NCBI GenBank assembly: GCA_963934255.1
Contig: CAWVXU010000086.1
Span: 1-10,800 of the forward strand
Direction of reading: 5' to 3'
Source of the DNA: an uncultured Fibrobacterales bacterium
GTDB taxonomy: Bacteria > Fibrobacterota > Fibrobacteria > Fibrobacterales > CAWVXU01
DNA length: 10,800 nucleotides
This document shows positions 1 through 6,979 of this stretch, piece by piece. Each line of letters opens with the position of its first letter. Position 1 is the first letter of the stretch. The notes beneath the pieces were generated by a model that was given only the letters and a program-made list of their open reading frames with translations, searched no databases and had not been told where the DNA came from. Position numbers and translations under genes: made by a program.

Positions 1-467
1 AACCCATTCGTCAAACACTGAGTTCAGAAAAGATCAGTATTACTCCCAAGTCCAAATCTCGCGATCAGGGTTTTTTCCGGGGACTTGCAGAAGGCGATAG
101 TGTTCTACCTAATTTTGATATTAAAAAAGTAGAGCTCACAGATCAAGACGAATTGTGGTGGATAGATATTCAAGAGATTGTGGCTAGTGAGTACATGCAG
201 TCTGATATTAATACAGATAAAGTTGCAGAAGAAATCGGTATATCAAAACGTAAAGTCAGTCAGATTATTTCCGAAAAGCTCAACATGACTTTACAAGCTT
301 GGTTGAGTGAAATTCGTTTAATGGAGGGTGCTAGATTACTTGGTGAGACTAATGAACAGGTCGTTCAAATAGCTTATCACTTAGGTTATAATAATGTCAG
401 TCATTTTAATCGCCAGTTTAAATCAAAGTATCAATGTAGTCCGAGTCAGTACCGACAAAATAAATAA
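1..467 (+). CDS. AraC/XylS-family transcriptional regulator, C-terminal part (5' end outside the window)
   Basis: The frame is open from nt 3 (PIRQTLSSEKISIT...DQDELWWID), so the track's TTG at 153 is probably not the true start. The C-terminus has the AraC double-HTH signature: VAEEIGISKRKVSQI...IRLMEGARLL...IAYHLGYNNVSHFNRQFKSKYQCSPSQYR. Stop TAA at 465-467. Confidence 0.92.
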   Translation, partial: PIRQTLSSEKISITPKSKSRDQGFFRGLAEGDSVLPNFDIKKVELTDQDELWWIDIQEIVASEYMQSDINTDKVAEEIGISKRKVSQIISEKLNMTLQAWLSEIRLMEGARLLGETNEQVVQIAYHLGYNNVSHFNRQFKSKYQCSPSQYRQNK

Positions 468-865
468 GAAAGTTTAAAAAAAGTCGATACTACTTCAAAC
501 AATTAAAGATATTAAGCTCTAGAAATAATCTCAATAACATTGATGTCATCACTGAACTCTAAATTGTCTAGGCATTTAATCTTGGCTTCTTTGAGCATCA
601 AGGGAGAGCACCTACAGGCGACAAGCTACAAAGGCTTACCATACTTAACAAACTCAGACATGGCTGCTATAGTCTCTTCTCAAGGACTCGTCTAAAAGTG
701 CTTTCAGCAGTGCCTGCCGGAGGATTGTAATTCCATTTTCAAAGCTATGGAGAATCATATGGGGAGATCCATCCTAAGAACTTTGAGCTTGAAAATTATG
801 TCATATTCCAAGTGACAAAGTAGGAAGTAATAAGCCTGAGTGTCCGTTAAGCGACTGCAATTAAT

Positions 866-3421
866 TTAGCGTTCCTTTTTTCGATCTTGAAAAGGAGTGT
901 TATTAAAAAGCTGTCCTTCGGTGATTCCATATTTCTCTACCACCCCAAGTTGTTCATAAAGGTCTTCAGAGCTAATTCGTCCATGAATCAAATCAGAATA
1001 GCCACGAACTTTTTCAGCTAAGGTTTTGCTGTCTTCAAGAAGTGCTTCTAATCTAAATTGAGTGACACCATAGTCTAGAAGCTCGCGTGCGATTTTTGAA
1101 GCTGATTGTGGTGTTCCGTTGAACATAGTGTTTCTGCACTCTTGATCGGACTTTAGGAAGTGTTTAGCGCCTTTGTGGTCGCGAACTTCAACTTCATGGT
1201 GCTCACATGGTTTGCCACAGTCTTTGACAGAGTTTCCATTTGAAAGAAATCCGGCGAAGACGCAGTGTTCCATGTGGAATGTCGGCATATAATGGTGTAA
1301 AGAAATTTCCCAAGGACTCGCACCAAACTGTTGAATCAAATCGAGGAGCTGATCTTTGTTGCAATCATGGGCTGGGTGCAATGTTTTTAAATGATGATCA
1401 ATCATCCACTGAGCTGTCATGGAATTGGTGATGTTGAAACTATAATCGGCAATGAGTTGAGTCTGGCTTATGTCCATATTTTCTTTGAGCCAATGAAGAG
1501 CACCTAAATTTCTGATGAGGATGACATCGGGTTTGAGCCACTTAATTACTTTTAAATGATGGTCTTCACCTGGTTTGAAAACACGAAGAGTAGCAATACC
1601 CGTGCGATAACCCATCTCCTTAATCTTTGCTAAGCCAGGTTTGTAATCTTTGCCAAATTCAAAATCCATGATAACAGTATCAAGCTCTAAAGCTTGTAGT
1701 TGATCTAATTGGCTTTCTTTGCGTACGAGTAGTTTTAACGAAAGGTGAGATTGGTCTTTGGTGTGAATAGGGAAGTTTATTTTAGTTTCAACACAAGGGT
1801 TTATCCTGAGGAGGCGCTCTATGGATAATGCTTCTAATATTGATTGTTTAAATTTCCTCATTAATTTATTTTGGATAAATACAGCATCTAGTTTTATAAT
1901 ATTCAGATTTTCCAAATGATAAGCCGAACCACTGAGTGCACTGAGTGCTTTCTCAAAATCCTCTTGACCCCATTCTCTACTTTGTGCTGCTTCCAAGATA
2001 AACTCACTCATGACTTCAACTTTTAGGTCTTGACTGACCCACGCCTTGACATGGATTGGTTGACCAATTTCTGCACTGAGTTCAACAAAAAGAGGGACAG
2101 ACTTTTGTAGCGATTTATCTTTCCAAGTCTTTTGTAAAGAGGCTTCAATTTTAGGAGAGCTACTGCGGAAAATTTCCCAATTCGGCGTTACTTTTCGAAG
2201 TTCACCCATATCCATATCTCGACTAAATCCAATCGCGTCGCCTTTCATAAAGAAAACTCGCCCCCCCACTTTACGACCACTCCTCGGGTCAAAAAACAAA
2301 ACACCATCACCTGGCGATAGACTATAATCTAGTTCCGCTTCAACAACAGGACCCTTTAAATCTTTAAAGACAGGGCGTAAAACCTTACCTATAAGAAATC
2401 CTTGGTTGGAACTATAGGTTCCAGCCACTAACTCTTGGTGCTTTACGCCATGCAACCAGCCAGGGTATAGACCACGGCTATATGTTGAAGCCATTTCTTC
2501 TTTGCTTACTCCATTGTTATCAATTAAATTCTTTTTGACTTTCCATGGGCTAGCTTTATCTTTAGTACTTTCTTTGTGAACGATATTATCTTGTTTAATC
2601 ACAGCCTGAACTTCTGGCACAGCATTTTCTGAGTTCTCAATTGCTCTGTAGAAATTTTTAACGACAGATGCGACATACTCGGGTGATTTTAATCGTCCTT
2701 CAATTTTAAAGCAGTCAACTCCAATTGCAGCAAGGTCTGGAACTTCATCAATCCCACATAAATCTTGTGGTGAAAATAGGTACTTTTTACCACCGAGTTC
2801 TTTTTGTTCTCCATCAACATAGAGTTCATAATCTAGTCGACAACTTTGAGCACATTGTCCTCGATTGGCAGAGCGCCCCCCAAATGATTCACTCGTTAGG
2901 CATTGACCTGAGTAACTAACGCAAAGCGCTCCATGGACAAAGACTTCTAATTCTTTTTCGGTATTTTTACGAACTTGTTTGATTTCATCAAGACTCATTT
3001 CTCTAGAAAGTACATAGCGCTTGAGGTCGAGATCTTCTGTCTCAGCAATGGCTTCGGCTGATGACACTGTCATTTGAGTCGATGCGTGAATGACTTGATT
3101 TGGGGCGATTTTTTTAATTAGTTTAATTAGGCCTACATCTTGCACGATTAAAGCATCTGGGCAAAGTGACAAAATGTCACGTAAATAGTTTTCCATCGCC
3201 TGAAGTTCACGTTCAAAAATGAGGATATTCATAGCCATAAAAACTTTGACTTCATGAAGATGGCAAAAATCAATTAATTCCCGAAGTTCTTCGAGTGAGA
3301 AATCAATGGTTCGACCACGAGCATTTAAACCGGGGGATCCCACATAGATAGCACTTGCTCCATTGTGAACTGCAGCTTGAGCCATGTCTATATTTCCAAC
3401 AGGTGCTAATATTTCACTCAT
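866..3421 (-). CDS. Long-form peptidase U32 family protein (851 aa), probably an RlhA-like Fe-S-dependent RNA hydroxylation protein with a DUF3656-like middle region and a second degenerate U32-like C-terminal domain
   Basis: U32 motifs EILAPVG, HASTQ, LSREMSL, EVFVHGALCVSYSGQC, RSANRGQCAQSCR (Cx6Cx15Cx3C) and KIEGRLKSPEYV. SD-like TAAGGT lies just upstream of the ATG. The family is secure; the substrate (23S rRNA C2501 versus another target) is inferred. Confidence 0.9.
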   Translation of the reverse strand: MSEILAPVGNIDMAQAAVHNGASAIYVGSPGLNARGRTIDFSLEELRELIDFCHLHEVKVFMAMNILIFERELQAMENYLRDILSLCPDALIVQDVGLIKLIKKIAPNQVIHASTQMTVSSAEAIAETEDLDLKRYVLSREMSLDEIKQVRKNTEKELEVFVHGALCVSYSGQCLTSESFGGRSANRGQCAQSCRLDYELYVDGEQKELGGKKYLFSPQDLCGIDEVPDLAAIGVDCFKIEGRLKSPEYVASVVKNFYRAIENSENAVPEVQAVIKQDNIVHKESTKDKASPWKVKKNLIDNNGVSKEEMASTYSRGLYPGWLHGVKHQELVAGTYSSNQGFLIGKVLRPVFKDLKGPVVEAELDYSLSPGDGVLFFDPRSGRKVGGRVFFMKGDAIGFSRDMDMGELRKVTPNWEIFRSSSPKIEASLQKTWKDKSLQKSVPLFVELSAEIGQPIHVKAWVSQDLKVEVMSEFILEAAQSREWGQEDFEKALSALSGSAYHLENLNIIKLDAVFIQNKLMRKFKQSILEALSIERLLRINPCVETKINFPIHTKDQSHLSLKLLVRKESQLDQLQALELDTVIMDFEFGKDYKPGLAKIKEMGYRTGIATLRVFKPGEDHHLKVIKWLKPDVILIRNLGALHWLKENMDISQTQLIADYSFNITNSMTAQWMIDHHLKTLHPAHDCNKDQLLDLIQQFGASPWEISLHHYMPTFHMEHCVFAGFLSNGNSVKDCGKPCEHHEVEVRDHKGAKHFLKSDQECRNTMFNGTPQSASKIARELLDYGVTQFRLEALLEDSKTLAEKVRGYSDLIHGRISSEDLYEQLGVVEKYGITEGQLFNNTPFQDRKKER

Positions 3422-3445
3422 TTAATACCTTAATAAGATTTTTAT

Positions 3446-3480
3446 AAAAAGATAGCAAGACAGCCCTAAGCTACCTTGCT
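3446..3480 (-). terminator. Putative intrinsic terminator downstream of the small ORF and upstream of the U32 gene
   Basis: Minus strand reads AGCAAGGTAGC-TTAGG-GCTGTCTTGCT-ATCTTTTT: an 11-bp stem including two G-U pairs that form only on this strand, a 5-nt loop and an imperfect U tract. Confidence 0.55.
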
Positions 3481-3497
3481 TTTAAGGGCAGAGTCAA
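3468..3497 (-). promoter_or_regulatory. Candidate sigma70-type promoter for the U32 gene
   Basis: Minus strand has TTGACT (3497-3492), an 18-nt spacer and TAGCTT (3473-3468). An alternative extended -10 (TG-C-TATCTT) lies near 3457-3449. Consensus match only. Confidence 0.35.
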
Positions 3498-3507
3498 AGA
3501 TAAAGCT

Positions 3508-3645
3508 TTATTTAAAAAGAGCCAAAGTATCAGCTAAAGAATGTCCAATGCGTGAAAAAGCTCCACCCGTCAGTAAAAAGAGGAAAATAAGCACCCAAAG
3601 TGTTCCTTGTCGGCTCGCTTTGACTTCGGTTTGTCGTTGATTCAT
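3508..3645 (-). CDS. Small putative single-pass membrane protein, 45 aa, absent from the ORF track
   Basis: ATG at 3645 to TAA at 3508 gives MNQRQTEVKASRQGTLWVLIFLFLLTGGAFSRIGHSLADTLALFK. Purine-rich AAGGTAGAAGG sits just upstream of the ATG. The peptide has a polar/basic N-terminus then a hydrophobic stretch, is on the same strand as its neighbours, fills the intergenic gap and is followed by a terminator-like hairpin. Confidence 0.65.
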   Translation of the reverse strand: MNQRQTEVKASRQGTLWVLIFLFLLTGGAFSRIGHSLADTLALFK

Positions 3646-3719
3646 TGATAGCCTTCTACCTTAAACTAAGCGGTTGAGGAGTCATAACCAAATGAAATAT
3701 AAATTTGAATAATGTCCAG

Positions 3720-4325
3720 TCACCAGGTATATAATCCAAAATAAAGAGATTCTGAGCTAGAAGCTAAAGAACTTACGAGCTTCTGATTTTTAGCCAAAGC
3801 CATCATAACCCCTTTTGTTTCGCTAGGTTCCGTTGTTGGGCCTTCGAATACCTGGAGATTTGAAATACTCGTCATCCCACATTTTTCGTAAAAACCTTTT
3901 TGACTCTCTTCACAATGAAAGAGAGTGATTTGACTCTTTTCTTGACATAGCTTAAGGCCTTCTTGGACCATTATTTTGCCAAGACCTTGACCTTGGAAAT
4001 TAGGATAAATAATAACACCGGTAACACCTGTGACCAGTTCAAAACCGTAGCCTTTTACGCAAAGTCCAATCTCGATAGATCTTTCAACAATCGTCAGAGC
4101 TCCAACTAATATATCACCCTTAGATAGAACGAGATGTTTGGGTTTATCTGCAGTTCCAGTGATCCAATCTCTAAATTGATCGGGGCCGCGAAAGCCCCAA
4201 GGCCATACACATCGATAGAAGTCAAGAATTTGAGTTTTGAAATTTTGAGGCAGTTTTTCTGGAGAAAACAACTGAAGGTGGAGTTTTATTCCTTGAGAAT
4301 CAATATCTTGGCTTTTAAAATTCAA
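3720..4325 (-). CDS. GNAT-family N-acetyltransferase (AAC(2')-like layout), substrate unknown
   Basis: Acetyl-CoA motif A GVIIYPNFQGQGLGKIMV and motif B GFYEKCG; ends ...YFGLYTW. The track start at 4391 overlaps the upstream gene by 77 nt. An in-frame TTG at 4325 (11-nt overlap, 201 aa) is more plausible, but the start is uncertain. Confidence 0.85.
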   Translation of the reverse strand: MNFKSQDIDSQGIKLHLQLFSPEKLPQNFKTQILDFYRCVWPWGFRGPDQFRDWITGTADKPKHLVLSKGDILVGALTIVERSIEIGLCVKGYGFELVTGVTGVIIYPNFQGQGLGKIMVQEGLKLCQEKSQITLFHCEESQKGFYEKCGMTSISNLQVFEGPTTEPSETKGVMMALAKNQKLVSSLASSSESLYFGLYTW

Positions 4326-4788
4326 GTAAAACACCGAGGCGAATATATACTTGAGATTTCCATTTTCGATCCATGAACTTCTGAAATCCACTCATCAAAA
4401 TAACACTTGAGTCATCCCCCAGTTTCATGTCAAGTCCACCACCTAATTTCCAAGTGAATTGATGTTCTGGTCCAAATAAATAACCCCAATCACCTGTAGC
4501 AATGGGTAAAAATGTCCGTCCAATAGGGAGTCTGAGTAGCATGGATCCAAGTGCGGGGTAATATTTGTCATCTCCGTATTGTTGGACACCAGTACCTAGC
4601 CCAAAAAACACCATTTGATCCCACTGGTGCCAATAGTGTGCAGCAAAGTCAATATTTTGTTCAGACCAGTCATTTTTTTCTTGAATAGAGCCGACTTGAA
4701 ATGATAAAGCAGATGCAGACCAAGCTTGTGATTGTAGTGTGATGATACTGACTAAAAGTATCATGCAAAATGTTTTAGTTTTTTTCAT
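4315..4788 (-). CDS. Probable small outer-membrane beta-barrel protein (157 aa precursor)
   Basis: Start reassigned to ATG 4788 (MKKTKTFCMILLVSIITLQSQA..., a Sec signal peptide). Aromatic/Gly-rich amphipathic strands (FFGLGTG, GDWGYLF, WKLGGGLDMKL) and a C-terminal beta-signal YIRLGVLLEF ending in Phe. Confidence 0.72.
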   Translation of the reverse strand: MKKTKTFCMILLVSIITLQSQAWSASALSFQVGSIQEKNDWSEQNIDFAAHYWHQWDQMVFFGLGTGVQQYGDDKYYPALGSMLLRLPIGRTFLPIATGDWGYLFGPEHQFTWKLGGGLDMKLGDDSSVILMSGFQKFMDRKWKSQVYIRLGVLLEF

Positions 4789-5977
4789 TTCTAGGAACCC
4801 TTTCCCATGCTCCACCTGTTGAAGGTTTAAAAGCCTGGAAGAAACCAATTAATAACGCCAAGTTCATTACACTAAAATAATAAGCCGTTCCCCCAAAAGG
4901 AATCTTACGAGAAGAGCTTTCTAATAGGTAGGACAGATATGCAATTAAATAGAACATCAGTTGTAATAAACCAAAAATAGTAAAACCAAAATTTTGTATT
5001 GCAAAACTTGACACAAGCATTATTAATAAAAAGTGAGGAGCAAGCCATCTTAATAATTTATGAGAAAAGAAAGTGATTGCTTGAACAGGTGCCCAGGGTC
5101 TCAGTAGCATCATAAAATGGGGGAGAAAATTGAAGTTAGCCTGGCCAATTCTGATTTTTCGTTTAAACTCGCCTAGCGCATCTGCAGATGTAGTCTCTAT
5201 GCCAATAGCTGCAGTCTCGTACAATACCTGATAATTTTGCCTAAGTACTTTAATACAGACCCAAAAATCATCCATCACAGGTTTGTATGTGGGGATTTGA
5301 ACAAATAGTTCGCTACGCAGGGCGTATAATGCTCCATTGACACCCATCAGAACACCTAGCTTACTCTCAAGACGTTTAATTTCAGATTCCATTGTCCAAT
5401 AAATTGATTCACCTTCACTTAAACTATAATCACCTGAGTCCCTTAATATTAATCGGCCTGATACACAACCAATTTTTGGATTTATAAAATGTTGGGATAG
5501 CTTCAGTAAAGTATTTTCAAGTAGGATTGTATTGGCATCACAGAAAACTAATATTTCACCTTTAGCTAATTCCACTAGTTGATTTAGTACCGCTGCTTTA
5601 CCTAAATTATCTTGATTGATCACGGAGGTAATAAACGAAGGAGCTTGCTGCAAAATTTTTTCAGTTCTATCAGTTGAGCCGTCAGAGCCAATTATTATTT
5701 CAAGTTTATCTCGAGGGTAATTCAGTGTTTCAAAATTTAAAATTTTTGAATCGAGTATGCTTTCTTCATTATATGCTGCAACGATCACAGTTATTTTTGG
5801 CAAATCATTTTGGTCTATGCTCGCTGTTATGTGGTCGTCACTTTTTTTCACTGAGGATGAGTCAAGTTTTAGATAAACAATTGCTTTGAGTAAAATGGGG
5901 AAAAGTAAATAAGTGTGTATGAGGGAGGCTGCTGATATAATAAAAGCCCAAAACCAAATAGAATATTCATTAATCAT
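4775..5977 (-). CDS. Membrane-bound family 2 glycosyltransferase (CESA-like; PgaC/IcaA-related superfamily)
   Basis: N-terminal TM helix; motifs VIVAAYNEE, SDGSTD, GKAAVLN, FCDAN, GVNGALYALR, MDDF and EFKRKIRI; several C-terminal TM helices. Confidence 0.92.
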   Translation of the reverse strand: MINEYSIWFWAFIISAASLIHTYLLFPILLKAIVYLKLDSSSVKKSDDHITASIDQNDLPKITVIVAAYNEESILDSKILNFETLNYPRDKLEIIIGSDGSTDRTEKILQQAPSFITSVINQDNLGKAAVLNQLVELAKGEILVFCDANTILLENTLLKLSQHFINPKIGCVSGRLILRDSGDYSLSEGESIYWTMESEIKRLESKLGVLMGVNGALYALRSELFVQIPTYKPVMDDFWVCIKVLRQNYQVLYETAAIGIETTSADALGEFKRKIRIGQANFNFLPHFMMLLRPWAPVQAITFFSHKLLRWLAPHFLLIMLVSSFAIQNFGFTIFGLLQLMFYLIAYLSYLLESSSRKIPFGGTAYYFSVMNLALLIGFFQAFKPSTGGAWERVPRNEKN

Positions 5978-6443
5978 ACTCTAAAACAATCTCTTGTAAA
6001 ACGAGAAGTAAATCTTGTTTGTTCATTTGACCTGTGTGAGAGAAGATTCTTCGGCCGTCTGAGCTCAGAATTGCAAGAAAGGGTAAGGCGCTTATTTGGC
6101 CACTTGCCCTCCAATCTTCATCAAGACAAAGTTTTGCGTCCTTAAGTTTACCACCACACGCTAGAGGGATATCATTTTCATAATCAACTCGTATAGAAAT
6201 AAAGTTTTTTTCTAGATAGTCACTGATTTCTTTTTGATTAAACACATCATAATCCATTACTTTACAAGGATAACACCAATCCGCAAAAACGTCCATAAAG
6301 ATGAGTTTTTTGGTCTTTAAGGCTAAGGCATGGCCTTCTGAAAATGTATGCCATTTCACTTTAAAGGCAGATTCTTTTTGAGGCTCAAGATCCCTAACTG
6401 AGCATGAAACTGAGAGAATGGCTAAGATAAGTAAAATTCTCAT
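5970..6443 (-). CDS. Thioredoxin-fold lipoprotein (DsbD-gamma/SoxW/DUF255-like)
   Basis: Lipoprotein signal MRILLILAILSVS-C; KWHTFSEG...KLIFMDVFADWCYPCKVM with a CxxC active site; cis-Pro loop region ISALPF. Confidence 0.88.
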   Translation of the reverse strand: MRILLILAILSVSCSVRDLEPQKESAFKVKWHTFSEGHALALKTKKLIFMDVFADWCYPCKVMDYDVFNQKEISDYLEKNFISIRVDYENDIPLACGGKLKDAKLCLDEDWRASGQISALPFLAILSSDGRRIFSHTGQMNKQDLLLVLQEIVLEYD

Positions 6444-6979
6444 TATTTCACCTCTTCCATAGGTGTTGGTAACTTATACTTTGGATTGAATGGAGAAGAT
6501 GATCTGAGTTGAGACTGGATTGCATTAGATCGTTTGGTTTTAATAGAGTCATCTCTATCGATTTTCTCAACATTCTTTTTCCGCTTTAATTTTTGTTTTG
6601 AATTTGTTCGGATGTTTTTTTCGAGATCTTGGAATTTCTTGACTACAGCCTCTTGAAAATCATTCCACGAACGATAGTCATCCTTCAAAGTTTGAACTGC
6701 TTTTTCATAGGAGTCAGGAGTGAAGTTATAGTTTTTTAAAATAGCAAGTCTTGTGGCCTGAGCTTTAGGCGATCTTTGGCCTAACCTTTTAGTCGCCAGT
6801 CGAAGTTCAGCATAAGAAGAGACCAGGTCTGAGTTCCAACTTTGAGATGAGATACCAATTTTTTTTCTAATTCCATAAGCCATCGCGTGAGTAGAATTAA
6901 GGCTATAAAACACAAAAACCCCACCGATCAGTGAGGCGATGAGGATAAAGCCGATAAGTGTTTTCAATAGTTTCTTCAT
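6443..6979 (-). CDS. Hypothetical N-terminally membrane-anchored protein, DUF4296-like helical domain with a basic C-terminal tail
   Basis: 178-aa ORF with TAATG stop/start overlaps at both ends and one N-terminal TM helix. The segment LVSSYAELRLA...ILKNYNFTPDSYEKAV...WNDFQEAVVKKF recalls DUF4296 by eye. The CDS is secure; the family is tentative. Confidence 0.8.
   Translation of the reverse strand: MKKLLKTLIGFILIASLIGGVFVFYSLNSTHAMAYGIRKKIGISSQSWNSDLVSSYAELRLATKRLGQRSPKAQATRLAILKNYNFTPDSYEKAVQTLKDDYRSWNDFQEAVVKKFQDLEKNIRTNSKQKLKRKKNVEKIDRDDSIKTKRSNAIQSQLRSSSPFNPKYKLPTPMEEVK

Noticed and set aside
543..695. 50-codon plus-strand ORF MSSLNSKLSRHLILASLSIKGEHL...
   Set aside because: No convincing RBS or recognisable motif, and the length is compatible with chance. 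Covered only as part of the unexplained spacer.
1240..1431. 63-aa plus-strand ORF from the track
   Set aside because: Antisense shadow inside the U32 gene with no motifs.
1930..1947. 9-bp tandem repeat CACTGAGTG x2
   Set aside because: Simply encodes ALS-ALS in frame in the U32 protein. Two copies only, not an array.
2725..2919. 64-aa plus-strand ORF from the track
   Set aside because: Antisense to the most conserved part of the U32 gene.
866..3421. Annotation as a collagenase/protease
   Set aside because: Legacy name for the U32 family. There is no signal peptide, and the Fe-S Cys motif points to hydroxylation chemistry.
3439..3450. Perfect palindrome TTTTTATAAAAA upstream of the U32 gene
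   Set aside because: Pure A/T in an AT-rich genome and overlaps the terminator U tract. No support as an operator.
3508..3645. Calling the small ORF an Flp/type IV pilin
   Set aside because: Lacks the +5 Glu (and the Flp EY motif), and there are no tad/pil genes in the window.
4014..4031. Imperfect 9-bp tandem encoding TGV-TGV in the GNAT
   Set aside because: In-frame and two copies only. At most a tiny local duplication.
4134..4376. 80-aa plus-strand ORF from the track
   Set aside because: Antisense to the GNAT and OMP genes with no recognisable features.
5674..5889. 71-aa plus-strand ORF from the track
   Set aside because: Antisense shadow of the GT2 gene.
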